Positions 1 through 14,192 of a stretch of 64,000 bases of DNA are shown in pieces (position 1 is the first letter of the stretch; the number at the start of each line of letters is the position of its first letter). The notes beneath the pieces are model-generated. The model did not search any database and was not told where the DNA came from. It saw only the letters and a list, made by a program, of their open reading frames with translations. The translations under genes and the position numbers were made by a program. The stretch covers positions 54,994,001 through 55,058,000 of the forward strand of contig OZ024743.1 in the NCBI GenBank assembly GCA_964016885.1, written 5' to 3'. The stretch is from Eledone cirrhosa (taxonomy: Eukaryota).

Positions 1-859
1 TAGTAGGTTTTGAATGATTGGATGTGTTTTATGAGGATCACGAGCAAAGAAAACCAGATGTGTCTGGTTGACATAGGTGAAAGCGATATGCATCTTATTA
101 ATTCAGAAGAAGTACGTGTTTCATTATAGTGGCGATAGAAAACAACCTGCATACATAATCGTGAGTGTTAACTGCCGCAACATAAACGCCAAGTGATTCC
201 AAACCAGCACTATCCACGAAATCGACAATTAACCCTGACCCAGGAGATACATACCACACTACACATAAAGTAAAACTAATCATGCCATTCAGATCTATAC
301 CAGCAAATATTTTCAGAGTATCAAAAACCAAGCCTAATACATTTATTGCTACCGGGGTGACACACGTCTTCAGGTTGAAGCCGTCGTATAACATATATAT
401 ATATATAAGGTAAAAGTCTGTAGGTTACTTAAATTAAATTTTAAATAGACTTATGCTCGTCGAAACGGAAACTAGAGAATGTTGAGTGAGATAACTAACT
501 TACCTGGAAGTAAAGGTTGAGAAGTGAATGAGTGGCAGAAGTAATAATGGCTGAATTAATGAATGTTGCGTTTTTATGTATATTTCATCTTATTCGAACT
601 GGAGTTGGCGATTGGGAGAGGCTGCCTTCTCAAGTATTACGCTGCTCTGGGTGCCTTTGGATGAAGTACTCCGATGATAATATTCTTTCACGCTTTTCCA
701 TCCATGGCACTGACCTTAGCATGGCTGTGGTCGAGGTGCTCAGTTTTAAGTCCTCCTCGATTTGCGTCGCACATAACTTCTTCGATGTGCTGCGCAGGAT
801 TCTCTGTAGCAGTCATGGGCAACCGGCGGCTCGCGAACCTTTCTGAATAGTTCGCCTAA

Positions 860-1097
860 GTCACCTAAGTGAAATCTTTCTGATTTTTTTATTCAAACTT
901 TTCAGTCAATTTATCTTTCTATCATTTTTACGACGGAGGAAAACAATGTGTACCAATTCTGAAGAAAGAAATCAAAACAACCTGAGTTACGCCCTTTTTT
1001 TTAATGTGGGCACGAATGTAATTTAGCGCTTGCGGCCCGCCTGGTGATGAGCCGTATCTCATGCGATCCGCTTCTCAAAAAAGGTTGCCCATGCCTG
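860..1097. mobile_element. hAT-like DNA transposon end (remnant)
   Basis: Ends in AAAAAGGTTGCCCATGCCTG (reverse complement CAGGCATGGGCAACCT), resembling the CAGGGGTGGGCAA-type hAT TIR, with subterminal GCGGCCCGC. Left boundary uncertain. Confidence 0.4.
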
Positions 1098-1104
1098 CTC
1101 TATA

Positions 1105-2190
1105 GCATTGGTCGTTGTCGTGACAAACCTTGGTGTGGTAGTCTTCCGGTTTTCATCCTGCAGACCTGGCCAAAACACTGTAGCCCGCGTTGCTGGATTC
1201 GGTCTTCAATTGTCGACTGCTGTTGGCTTTGTTCTCGGATGTTGTTTGAGATTCACTCACGAGAAAGACATCAAGGATCTTACAAAGACATCACATTTGG
1301 AACACCTCGTGCTTGTTTAGGTTGCGAGGATCTTTTTAGCCAATGATTCTCAGAAATTCAGGTCAAAATCCTCCTCTTTCCATCCTGTGTTTCCTCAATT
1401 ACATCTTCAATAATTACAGAGTATAGTGGGTCTCAGAGACCTAGATAATCTTCTTGCAAATTCATGTTTCCTCAAATTTGAACTAGTAATTTGTAGTTAG
1501 AGCACAATACTAATACGACTAAAATTTTCCAGCCTCAATAATTGAATAGTCCAGACTCAAGTCACATTCTTCCTCTTTAAAATCCTGGATTTCCTCAATT
1601 TTCACCTGACCCTCATATTAACAAGCGTTGCGCTAACTTTTAAAACATAATTGTTTCTACTTTTGGCACTAGGCCAGCAATTAAATCAGTGCATTACTGG
1701 TACTTTATTTTATCGACCCCGTAAGGATGAAAGGCAAAGTTAACCTCGGTGGGATTTGAACTCAGATCATAAAGGGAGGTAACTCTATGCTTCAAAGCAT
1801 GGCGCCCGACCCTCTACCGATACTGCCAATCCACAAACGATTACCTATATATTCCCAAGCTATTAAGTCTGAATGAGCAGAATTTTGTGAGCAGTTTTTG
1901 TGTGATCTCCCTTGCAGTTGACTTTATTGGTATTCATGTGATTTATACAAAATGTACACTTTTCTTTCCTAGTTTAGATACTTCCCTAATCTCCCATTGG
2001 CTAAAATTCCGAACTTGTGAGCCAAGTGCTTCCATTTGAGAATCAATATATATCTGAGTCGACGAAGATAGTGTAACCTGTTTAAAAGTTTTCTTCTTAT
2101 TTTCATGAGGCATCAGTAGTAGTCCATGCGATATTTCGTAAGAGAAGGATTACAGGCTGGGAAAGATGTTTTCTTCTCAGTCATTCTACT
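1105..2190 (-). pseudogene. Decayed RTE-type LINE reverse transcriptase remnant, interrupted by a SINE
   Basis: Minus-strand translation near 1120-1220 gives IEDRIQQRGLQCFGQVCRMKTGRLPHQ, matching the RTE C-terminal 'RRLQWFGHVCRM..GRLP' motif. Many stops. Confidence 0.55.
1650..1833 (-). mobile_element. tRNA-derived SINE, family 1
   Basis: Reverse complement reads A box TGGCAGTATCGG, B box GAGTTCAAATCC, central GCCTTTCATCCTTACGGGGTCGATAAAATAAAGTACCAG (resembles the MetaSINE central domain, from memory), tail GTGCCAAAAGTAGAAACAATTA. More than 15 copies in the window. Confidence 0.85.
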
Positions 2191-2194
2191 ATAT

Positions 2195-2425
2195 CAACGG
2201 TTCCCAAACCCGAGTTCACGGGTCCTGGAGATCCGTAAGCTAAGTGCAAAGTTTCAAGTACTTCGTTAAAAACATAATATACACACACTATTCGGTATCC
2301 ATTCTTCTCTTTCGGTTATTATTTTCACCGAATATCAATATAATAGGGAAGTAATTGTAAGCTTCTGTATGAAAATTCATTTAAATAAAAGGCGGACTTG
2401 GTGGTGCAAAGGTTGGGAACCACCA
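2195..2425. mobile_element. hAT-like MITE
   Basis: Imperfect TIRs CAACGGTTCCCAAACC (2195) and GGTTGGGAACCAC (2411), typical of Charlie-type CAGTGGTTCCCAA ends. Confidence 0.6.
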
Positions 2426-3003
2426 CACTTCTTTTTAATGTAGACTAGAATGTGTGTGTAGCAACAATAACAGCCATATGTGGACTTTAATTAGGCTTTA
2501 CAGAGAGTCAGCAAATAATCAGAAGTGAAGGTGCTAGGTTTAGTTGCTGAAGTGTTAGACTACTAATCATTAGATTATAGTTTTGATTCCTCGATGGGGT
2601 GGTATATTGTGTTCGAGAGAAAGGTGTTATATTTAACGTTGATTTTAACCATAGGGCTGGCGGCCTTATAATAAGACACGAGAAAACTCCTATGAGGTGC
2701 ATTTAATATTTTTCTGGATCCGTAGCGTGAGCTTTGCGATAAAACTTGGCCATCATATGTTGCTTTAATTAGATTTTAAGCTACAGGATCAATAACTTTT
2801 AAATACGCGGAATTGGTTGCCCGCAGCTTTTTAGCATAGTGGTTCACATACTCTCCCGACATCCGAGAGATGCAGTGTTAGATTTATCGAGGGTTAGAGT
2901 TAGATTTAGTCTATATTTATCTTTTTTTCTGTCTCCAGCGGCACTATACGTGATTTTCTAAACAATTGTTTATAGTGATCGACTATTATCATCATTGGGA
3001 CGT

Positions 3004-3119
<116 letters not shown>

Positions 3120-3198
3120 AAAAGTTTGGTGTATGTATCACTGAATGAATCCTTAATGCTGGCAAAATACACACATACACAAATACACACACATACAT

Positions 3199-3476
3199 AC
3201 GTAAGGGACCACAGCTTTTTAATAAGCTGCAAAAGAATTTGAGAAACTGCAGGGTGTGCATGCAGATTTTTTTAAGAGACATCTCGACACTCTACTGATC
3301 AAGATCCAGGATGAACACACCGCACGGGGTGAAGCACAAACAAGAGCAGCAGCTACAAAACTTCCTGTAGCACCAATAGCCAACCAAGGAAGGCTGGCTA
3401 TAGAATGTGACGCATCGCTGGCGGTGCCCCAGCATGGCCTCAGCCCCTCGGCTGGAACACAAATGATATGAAATAA

Positions 3477-3478
<2 letters not shown>
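3199..3478 (+). mobile_element. 5'-truncated CR1-type LINE 3' end
   Basis: KGPQLFNKL...[16 protein letters not shown] parallels the ORF2 C-terminus at 41216-41390 (GPALFNI...FKKSLDKFLQVIPD). Followed by a short 3' UTR (GCGGTGCCCCAGCATGGCC). Confidence 0.7.
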
Positions 3479-3554
<76 letters not shown>

Positions 3555-3658
3555 ATATGTATATTTATATTTATATATATATGTGTATGTATGTATGTAT
3601 ATGCATGTATGTCTGTATATACATATGTATATATGTATGCATATATATATGTATATTT

Positions 3659-3737
<79 letters not shown>

Positions 3738-3957
3738 ACGTATATTAATCTCTGCTGAATTATTTAATCCTCCTTCAAGTTGTTTGCAGTCTATTAGTTG
3801 TTTTTGTAAGCATCATGTTTGGTGGATAAATGTATTATTTGACACATTTCTTTGATCATATTTCTGTTGAGCGGAAGATATTGTTGACATATATCATCTC
3901 ATATATATATGATGTCAATCATTAATCTTTAATATGCCAAAGGTAAAATAGATACAG

Positions 3958-4112
3958 TATGGCCGAATGCTTAAGTTCGCTTTGCAAACATTAGGTTCCC
4001 GGTTCAATCCGTTCTGCATTACAAACTAGGAAGTGTCGTTTACTAGAGCTTCTAGTTGGGCCAAATTATATTAGTCAAATTTGGCAGACGGAAACATTTC
4101 AGAAGGCCGTCG
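3958..4112 (+). mobile_element. tRNA-derived SINE, family 2 (decayed)
   Basis: A-box-like TGGCCGAATGCTTAAG, B box GGTTCAATCC, 3' ATTTGGCAGACGGAAAC. Related minus-strand piece at ~37150-37240. Confidence 0.55.
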
Positions 4113-4590
4113 GATAGACTGTATCTTTAATTCCCCTGTAACTTTGTATCTAATATTCCCAGAGAATTCCTTTAAGAGTACTCCTGTCTGTGAAAATCTA
4201 AGTCACTTACATGTTAATATCACGAGCTGACGACTTGTCGAGCATGACTGATACCCATCGTTGAAATTAATGGAAAAAATGTAAATCCATTGAAATAATT
4301 CTTGTTTGACTACGTTATGACTACTGCGCGCGCGCACACAGACACACGGACATGATAATTCATTTTGCTGAGGATTCATGTATACATAAATATATGTGTG
4401 TGTGAGTGTATGTATATATAGATATATATATATATATATATATATAACGAAGGAAGTGTGGTAAGGAACCAGATGGACCATAACGCACCAGAGTACTCAA
4501 TAATTAGGGTAGTAGAGTGGGTAATAAGAGAATGTTTAACCCCGACGGCAGAGCTCAAGCTGTTTCGACGGCTATTTCTGGACGAGTATA

Positions 4591-4659
<69 letters not shown>

Positions 4660-4666
<7 letters not shown>

Positions 4667-5665
4667 TTTTGCGAGGTTTTTTATATGAAATCGTGTGTCG
4701 AAACAAATATTGTTATACTTGGGGAGGGTCATATTTGTGTAATATTGTCAGAATTAATAACAGAACACACTCACTGTTTGGTTGGTTTTCGCTTCTGTGT
4801 CTTTTATATCAGTTAATTTAATTTATTCGGTCTTCAATGTTACCATTGACTGACCAACGGTAAAAAATACGGATATAATATAGACACAAACACATATATA
4901 TAGTCTAACAAAGTTCTTTCGTTGCACATCTGCAACATCGTCAGTGGTGCTATTATGTTTCCTCCCATTGTATTGTATGCCTCCGCCATCTTTATTTAGT
5001 CTGTTTATTTATTTATTTATTTTTGTCTTCTCTGTGCATGCGTTTGCGTGTGTGTATAGTGTTTGAGGTGTGTTCGTATTTGGGTGACTGTGTATTGGTT
5101 ATTGTATTCTATCTTAGTTTACTAGTGTGTGTTTATTTGTTTGTTGTTATTGTGCTTGTGTATGTATTTATTTATTTATTTATACTTATATTAGGTCAGT
5201 ATTGTTTGTTTGTTTGTTTGGGTGTTGTTGTTATTCCATTCATTTTTTCTGTTTAGCCTTGGTCTTCTAAGTTCTATTTCGCTGGCCTCTCTGATTTGCC
5301 TATCTGCTGGGTCATTTCTATGTTTAGATATTATTCTAATTTCTATGTTGTCTATGTTACCGTCGTGTTGTTGTCTGACGTGTTCGTATAGTACTGAACC
5401 GTTTTTTCGTCCTTGTAGTTCCACCTCCCACCCCGTGTTGGTCTATCCTTTCACCTATGCTACCAGCTGTCTCGCCTATGTCTGTTGTTGTCATGTTTCT
5501 GCAAGTACCCTCTGTATATCTTATGCTATAGACTACGTTTCTAGTTTTACAGTTTATCCGGGGGTTTACTTTGCATATAATACATTTCCTATTAGTACAG
5601 TGGGTTTTCTTAAAAGGGTAGGTTTTGCTGATCAGGGATTTTATGGTGGTTCCACACACACACAC
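4660..5665 (-). mobile_element. Penelope-like element (PLE) 3' fragment: GIY-YIG remnant plus pLTR with hammerhead
   Basis: Frameshifted ORFs 5357-5665 and 5191-5424: CTNRKCIIC...NCKTRNVVYSI...DIGETAGSIGERIDQH / VLYEHV...RQIREASEI...PRLNRKNEW. Same-strand HHR downstream at ~4906-4949. The 3' end ATGACCCTCCCCAAGTATAACAATATTTGTTTCGACACACG recurs at ~6705, 28340, 50590 and 61257. Confidence 0.8.
4906..4949 (-). ncRNA. Type I hammerhead ribozyme motif (helix I decayed)
   Basis: Reverse complement: CTGACGA t GTTGCA gatg TGCAAC GAAA gaactt. Confidence 0.7.
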
Positions 5666-5941
5666 ACATATATATATATAGAATGAAACGAAATTTCATT
5701 TCTCACTCTTAGTTCGGCACTTACTGAAATGTAAGTATGTATGTATACGTACATACATATATGTATACAGACGTACAGTAGTATGTATATATATACATAC
5801 ATGCACGCATATATACATGCACGTATCGGTTTACCGAAAATTTATTATAATGCTCGGTTTGTTTGTTTGAAAACAAACAGCCCGAATTACGTAGAGTGTT
5901 TAGGCAACCACGTCACCTTTTTGTTCAACACTGACACAGGA

Positions 5942-5984
5942 ACGATGTACTAGTTTCAAGCTTATTAGCTATCGTCAGCATCGT
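5942..5984 (-). ncRNA. Minimal type I hammerhead ribozyme
   Basis: Reverse complement: ACGATG CTGACGA t AGCT aata AGCT t GAAA C TA GTA CATCGT. Six-bp helix I, intact core, GUA triplet, palindromic helix III (ACTAGT). Confidence 0.9.
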
Positions 5985-6386
5985 ATACATTCCTGCCAGA
6001 TGGTTGAACGTCTGAAAGTGTATACTTTCTTTATGCATATTAACGGCTGAGCAGCCTAATTTGCATATCGAGTGAGTTCAGTCGGCCGGGCACACCGAAA
6101 ACGATAAATGGAATAGAATGAAACGAAATTTCATTTCTCACTCTTAGTACGGCACTTACATACATACATACTTACATACGTCTGTATACATACATACATA
6201 CTTACATTTAAGTAAGTGCCGTACTAAGAGTGAGAAATGAAATTTCGTTTCATTCTATTCCATTTATCGTTTTCGGTGTGCCCGGCCGACTGAACTCACT
6301 CGATATGCAAATTAGGCTGCTCAGCCGTTAATATGCATAAGGAAAGTCTATTTTTTCAGACGTTCAACCATCTGGCAGGAAGGTAT

Positions 6387-6429
6387 ACGATGCTGACGAT
6401 AGCTAATAAGCTTGAAACTAGTACTTCGT
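6387..6429 (+). ncRNA. Minimal type I hammerhead ribozyme (inverted copy)
   Basis: ACGATG CTGACGA TAGCTAATAAGCTT GAAA CTAGTA CTTCGT; one helix I mismatch. Confidence 0.88.
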
Positions 6430-6641
6430 TCCTGTGTCAGTGTTGAACAAAAAGGTGACGTGGTTGCCTAAACACTGTACGGCGTAATTCGGGCTGTCTG
6501 TTTGTTTACAAACAAACAAACCGAGCATTATAATAAATGTTCGGTAAACCGATACGTGCATATATATATATGTGTGCATGTATGTATATATATATATACA
6601 TACTACTGTACGTCTGTATACATATATGTATGTACGGATAC

Positions 6642-6684
<43 letters not shown>

Positions 6685-7009
6685 TACTTAAAGTTTCTTG
6701 ATGTGAAATCGTGTGTTAAAACTTATTTTGTTATATTTTGGGGTTGTCATGTTGCCAATATACCAATAGAAAGAAACACACGCACCATAAATGTTTCACT
6801 TTACAATTTATTTATCAAATGTCCTTCCTCAATCACACTCTGTCTTGTGGCTCTTCTTTTTCCTGGTCTTAGACTTATACTCTATCTTGTCTTTGTTTTG
6901 TGTTTGTCATGTCTACTTGTGTTTGTGAGTGTGTGTGTGTGTATGTGTGTGTGTCTGTGTGTGTGTGTGTCTGTGTGTGTGTCTGTGTGTGTGTGTGTGT
7001 CTGTGTGTG

Positions 7010-7060
<51 letters not shown>

Positions 7061-7246
7061 GTTTGCTGTTTTGACGAAGAAAGAATGCAGTTATTAATAA
7101 GATTTGGAATTATGAATGCAAGATTTCACAGCTCTAGCATAAACTTCTTGTAGTCAGTTTATAAAATTCTCAGCTGACCCTCGTATATATATATATATAT
7201 AGTGACGAAACATAAGTCAATTGCATGAACTCATAATCCTTTATTT

Positions 7247-7302
7247 ACTGCTATATATATTTCGATGATAGCCATTGAATGGCTATGACCTCATAAGGCA
7301 GT
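7247..7302 (-). ncRNA. Decayed type I hammerhead
   Basis: Reverse complement: ACTGC CTTATGA (core substitution) g..ATAGCCATT c AATGGCTAT..c GAAA TATATATA GCAGT. Confidence 0.6.
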
Positions 7303-7363
7303 TAGTCAGTTCTTAGATATGCCAGCTCTGTGTTTATTGTGTTGATGGTATCAGAACCTTGGG

Positions 7364-7398
<35 letters not shown>

Positions 7399-7611
7399 CA
7401 CGCACACACACACGCACACACGCGCGCACACTTACACGTACACACATACACACACACACACACGCACACGCACACACACACAAACACACATATATTTCTA
7501 TATATAAATATATATATGTATATATGTACATGTATCCAAGAGGCAAATCAAATTAAATATGTAAACGACACAGTATAATGAAGAAATATGTTTACGATTG
7601 ATATAATAGGA

Positions 7612-7655
7612 AAAGAGACCTAACGTTTCGGACGTTAGTCCTTCATCAGGATATA
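7612..7655 (-). ncRNA. Type I hammerhead motif
   Basis: Reverse complement: CTGATGA a GGAC taac GTCC GAAA cgtt. Family member at 27241 (+) shares the downstream GTCTCTTTTCCTATTATA. Confidence 0.7.
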
Positions 7656-7844
7656 AAACGAGACATTAAAGAAGAAATAGAAAGAGAATTGGGAGATGGA
7701 GATAGTGACAAGGGAGTAGTCAAAAGAGAATATTAGAGGAAAAGTGGTAGTGTGTCGTGATATATAGGTGTAAAGCAAAAAGCAATAAGAAAATCCAATG
7801 TAAGAACACACACACACATAAAAAAAAGTGTTATAATGTATATA

Positions 7845-8545
7845 AAGTATATACATTATTACCGGTTTCGATGTATTATTAAAATTCATCTTATCAAATA
7901 TCAAATGTTGAGTATTGAAATGAAAATTAAAAAGAATTAATAGGAATTAAAAACTAAAAATTAAGGATTTAAAATTAAAATCCAATGTTGGAGTAAGTTT
8001 TCTTCCATCTTTCTTGCTCAAAATTTGGAGGTAAGTGAAGATAGCAGTAGCTGTGTTTCTTCACAGAACAAAGTTGTTTTTGAAAACTTCCTGTGTGTGT
8101 ATATCTGATTGTGTTAATCAAGAGTTCAAAAGGGGATGGGGGATTTGTAAGCTAGAGGTAAGTTCTGTGGTAGCAGAATAGTAGCAGAATAATAGAATTT
8201 CTCCTACACTCCTGCTGCTACTACAGAACTTACCTATAGCTTACAATTCCCCATCCCCTTATGAACTCTTGACCATTCAATTAACACAATCAGATATACA
8301 CACACAGGATGTTTTCAAAACACAACTTTGTTCTGTGAAGAAACACAGCTACTGCTATCTTCACTTACCACCAAATTTTGAGCAAGAAAGATGGAAGAAA
8401 ACTTACTCCAGCATTAGGTTTTAATTTTAAATCCTTAATTTTTAGTTCTTAATTCCTATTAATTCTTTTTAATTTTTATTTCAATACTCAACATTTGATG
8501 AGATGAATTTTAACAATACATTGAAACCGGTAATACTTAATATAC
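7845..8545. repeat. Long fold-back inverted repeat (~350-bp arms) with decayed HHR
   Basis: Arms mirror about ~8200. Right arm carries TTGATGA GATG..CATT GAAA CCGG TA (~8495-8535). Confidence 0.85.
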
Positions 8546-8621
8546 AAAAAAGAAAAACAGACCCTTAAATATATTTTCCGTGCTATTTCCAACTTCACCA
8601 TTTCTCTCTCTCTCTCTCTCT

Positions 8622-8700
<79 letters not shown>

Positions 8701-8789
8701 ACTCTCCCGTTGATTTCGACGTATGAACATCCGAACCACCGATTCGCTTTATTAAGTTTGTATGTTTATGTCTGGCATGACATTTTAGA

Positions 8790-9900
8790 CCAGCCAAGGA
8801 TTTTCAAGCAAGTCGACATCTCCTGAAAGGGAAGGGTTTACTTGGATATGTCGCTGGTACGTTTGATAACGCTTTATTCCTCTCTATATCTTCTTGTAGC
8901 CTGTGGATACAAGCGGACTCGAACTTCCTGATCCTATTACGGCCTATAAATCTCCACTTGCTCAAATATTGGTATATTGGTTGCTGAAAGATAACTCTAC
9001 AGCTTGTCTTTGTACCTGAGCGTTGGCCGTCCAACATTTCTATAACTACCATCAAGCTGACTGTACCTGAAGAGATTTGGTGTTCTTTTGTCTCTCATAT
9101 GACATATCCAGCCCAGCGTATTTCTGATTCATAAGAAAGGTCTTAATGCCTCTAATTTTGCACTTCGTGAATAGCTCAGCGTATGATATTCTGTATTCGA
9201 GTGAATACCCAAAGATTACGCGAAGACAACCTTTATGATGAAGTCTAGTTGGTTGATGTGTGACTTTTATGGAGTCCAAGATTCTGATCCATATAAGAGT
9301 GTGATCAGTACAACAGCTTTATGAACCTGTCTCTCGGTGTCCAGTTTTACGCCCCTCTCATTCTAAAAGTGATGACGAGGCTTAACAAATACACTTGTGG
9401 CTTTCCCTATACGATGAATTATCCCGTCATCGAGTTACATTTGAGTTCACCTTACTTCCAAGATATTTGAACAATTTCATATACTAGAGGTTCTTCTCAT
9501 CGACCTTTATCTATACCTATATCCGGTAACTGGTGGTTTGACATTTTGTTTTTGTTTGGGCATACAATTTCACTGCTGAATCACCGCTGTTTTCTTTTTG
9601 CTAATTGGCAAGTCATTACTTGCAACAGAAATGACAATGCTTTACTTGCAACAGAATCATGCTTTATGTGATCTTAGGCTTCCTCTATAGATGTTGATAC
9701 AAGTGCAGCGTCATCTGCGAAAAAGAGATCGTGGCTGATGCTGGTCCATACATACGTCTTAGCTTTCAATCATTGATGGTTGAAGAGTCCACCTTAGTTC
9801 GAATTTGGAATCTAACACCCGTGACATTTTCACCAAAGGCATATGTTAGCAACACTGAAAAGAATAGGACAAAAAGATCAGGAGCCATGACATTGCTTTG
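8790..9900 (-). pseudogene. Decayed RTE-clade LINE RT fragment
   Basis: Minus strand gives LFFADDAALVS (~9700-9730) and CLRVIFGYSLEYRISYAELFTKCKIRGI. Stops and frameshifts throughout. Confidence 0.75.
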
Positions 9901-10204
9901 GTATATATATATATGAAAAGATTCAGTATCCCGACGGCTGAGCTCCAGCCGTTTCGACAGCTAGATCCTAACTCGACCGAAGCTCAGCTGTCGGGTCCTG
10001 AATCTTTTCATATTTGCCCACTCTACTACCCCAAGTATCGAGTACTCTGGTGCATTATGGTCCACCTGGTATCTTACCACACCCTCTTTGTTTGAGAGTA
10101 ACAAGACTCACTATTTAGCCTTAATAAAATGAATATTAAAACTTCGGTATTGAGTACTCTTTTCTCTCAGCCGTCAACAACATACGGACATAAATATATA
10201 TATA

Positions 10205-10693
10205 TATAAGAAATTAATAGATGGTTAAAAAATGGTTTAAAAAGTTCCTCTTATTTTGGTATGCGCATTTCAAAAACAAATATCATGCTGGGACGATAGT
10301 TGCGTTCTCATCAGATAAAATAAGGTAACATGATATGATGCCTAAAAAAAACACTTGTGAACAAGAAAGTGTCCAGTTAACATATGATAAAAGAATATAA
10401 AAGGAGACAGAAGATTGGAAAAAAGAAGGAAAAAGAAGGAGAAAATAATGGAGGAATTTTTCTTTTTTTTAGGCATCATATCATGTTACTTTATTTTATC
10501 TAATGAGAACGCAACTATCGTCCCAGGATGATATTTGCTTTTGAAATGCGCATAATAAAATATATGGAACTTTTTTAACCATGTTTTAACCATCTTTTAA
10601 TTTCTTCTATATATACTCCAGTTCTATCAATTGTTGAGTGCTACTTATCTGATATATGCATAGTTTTATTGTTCTACAATAAAACTCACCTCC

Positions 10694-10700
<7 letters not shown>
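10205..10700. mobile_element. PLE-like fold-back with two HHRs (family D)
   Basis: 10205-10360 is inverted at 10460-10612. Minus copy has CTGATGA (10308-10314) and GAAATGCGCATA. Plus copy core is mutated to CTAATGA (10500). Confidence 0.8.
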
Positions 10701-10739
<39 letters not shown>

Positions 10740-10802
10740 TAGTACGAGCATAGCGTGATTCATAATAGAGATGTATGCGAGGGGAAATAGACTATGCTAA
10801 TA

Positions 10803-10985
10803 ATTGTTTCTACTTTTGGCACAAGGCCAGCAATTAACCAGTGCATTACTGGTATTTTATTTTATCAACCCCGTAAGGATGAAAGGCAAAGGTAACCATG
10901 GAAGGATTTGAACTCAGAATGGAAAGGGCCGTAACTCTTTGCGTCAAAGCATGGCGTCCGATCCTCTGCCGATACTGCCAATTCA
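10803..10985 (-). mobile_element. SINE family 1
   Basis: Same A box, B box and central domain as 1650-1833. Confidence 0.85.
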
Positions 10986-11398
10986 CGCTAATAATAATCA
11001 TAAATGAGTCTCGCTATAAAGGTTTCAAGCTACGATCATGTTACAGTTACCTTTGAGAACGCCTGACTCGTGTAACTCTGCATTTTATCCGTTTACACAC
11101 TCGGTACTTTAACAATATATATTTATATATTATACACATTTTAAAGAATAAAACATCGACTTGAGATGCACGTGTATGTATATACAAATATTTCTGTTAA
11201 TATAAATTGTTAAACGACATTCGTATGTAGATATTCATGTTTATAGGCACACACAATTTCACATACACACACCTATATCTATATCTACATATCTATATCT
11301 ATATCTATATCTATCTAGAGAGGGGAGAGAGAGAGAGTGAGAGAGAGAGACACACACATATATATATATATATATGTGTGTGTGTGTCTCTCTCTCTA

Positions 11399-12492
<1,094 letters not shown>

Positions 12493-12614
12493 TAAAAGGA
12501 ATTACAACTTTGTCTGATTTACTCGTTTTATTTACAATCCTTTAAAATGTATAATGGTATTAGAATGAAATAGTATGGTAGAATATTAAATGTTAACTGT
12601 TAAATATATATATA

Positions 12615-12912
12615 TATAGAATGGAAAACGAAAAATCAGTGATGCATCGGAACTCAATTTTTATTGTGTTACAATTGTTTCCCCGGCGAACAGCTCGAGG
12701 TGCGATCCATGTGCGGATCTACCTGACTCTAGTCTCGCAGGTTCCTGAAAGAGGATATGATCCGAAATCAATAGACGTGTCCGAGGAACCTGCGAGACTA
12801 GAGTTAGGTAGATCCACACATGGTCGCACCTCGAGCTGTCCGCCGAGGAAACAATTGTAACACAATAAATTGAGTTCCGAGGCATCACTGATTTTTCGTT
12901 TTCCATTCTATA
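12615..12912. mobile_element. Fold-back with extended-helix-II hammerhead
   Basis: Arms mirror about ~12765. Plus arm: GTGT CCGAGGA [~60-nt stem] GAAA CAATTG TA ACAC (12777-12863). Confidence 0.75.
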
Positions 12913-12983
12913 ATACTCTGCTCCGTAGGAGCATAGAGTGCTCAATCGGAATACTGCCCATGGAAGCATCTTAGCTAACTTTA

Positions 12984-13022
<39 letters not shown>

Positions 13023-13114
13023 AAAGAGTTATTTAATTTGTTGGTTATTCAACAAATTTATTTATAACAGATTCTAAGCACTCTACAGTATTTCTTCTGC
13101 AGTATTAATATTAT

Positions 13115-13190
<76 letters not shown>

Positions 13191-13269
13191 ACTTTTGGGG
13201 TGCTTACATACAATTGAATTATGTCTGTAGATCACTTTCCTTTTGGGAAAGGCTCTGCATTCTAATAAA

Positions 13270-13323
13270 TATTGCCTTTACAGGTAATCAAAGTATGTAT
13301 ACATTTTTGGGGGACATCCTGTA
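13270..13323 (-). mobile_element. Possible Tc1/mariner terminal remnant
   Basis: Reverse complement begins TA|CAGGATGTCCCCCAAAAATGT, similar to TA-CAGGGTGTCCC mariner ends. No partner TIR seen. Confidence 0.35.
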
Positions 13324-13504
13324 TATAACATAAATGTAATAACCCCCTTTCTCCCTCTCTCACACACATACATATAACCCATTGATGTAGGAATTATTAT
13401 TCTATCTATCGCTCACTCTCACGCACACACAACGCACGCAGATCGCACTCCTGACACAGGCACACACACAAGCAACATATACATACAACACATAGATGCG
13501 CTCT

Positions 13505-13581
<77 letters not shown>

Positions 13582-13987
13582 AAAGAATAGAGGTGTAACA
13601 CACAAGTTATTATATATTGGTAAACGGAATAGAAAATGCTGACAAATTGTTCACAGTTGAAAAATGGTTTAATTAGGAATAAAAGAGTATTAGTGATTGT
13701 ATGGGTTAGTATTCAGTTGTGGTTTTAAGTTTTTAAGTTTTTACCGGTTGCGCATTTCTAAATGCTTTTCAAAAATAATTTTGAGATAGTGTGTCCGTGT
13801 TGTTTGCTCTGATCTGATTAGTTTTGGGAATTCTACCTGTTTTTATGTTAAAAAAGTGGCTCCAATTTGCAAAAATTCTTGTGGTCAAAACAATTTTGAT
13901 TGGTCGGTAGAGGTCATGTGAATAAAAAATTGGTTTTGCGCCAAGATTGAGAAATGACTCTTTCACAACAAATATGTGTGTGTGTGT

Positions 13988-14075
<88 letters not shown>

Positions 14076-14144
14076 TAGTAGTAGTAAGGTGTTCGATGTT
14101 GTGATAATGGTTAGCAGCGATGTGTGTCAAATGGCTATTAAGAT

Positions 14145-14192
<48 letters not shown>

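Larger units (their letters stand above)
5681..6640. mobile_element. 435-bp HHR-containing unit (about 1.1 copies) fused to an inverted copy
   Basis: GAATGAAACGAAATTTCATTTCTCACTC at 5681 and 6116 (period 435). Segment ~6190-6640 is the reverse complement of ~5740-6170. Confidence 0.85.

Noticed and set aside
98-846. ORFs 98-394 and 532-846
   Set aside because: Short with no recognisable motifs; possibly decayed element sequence, but unsupported.
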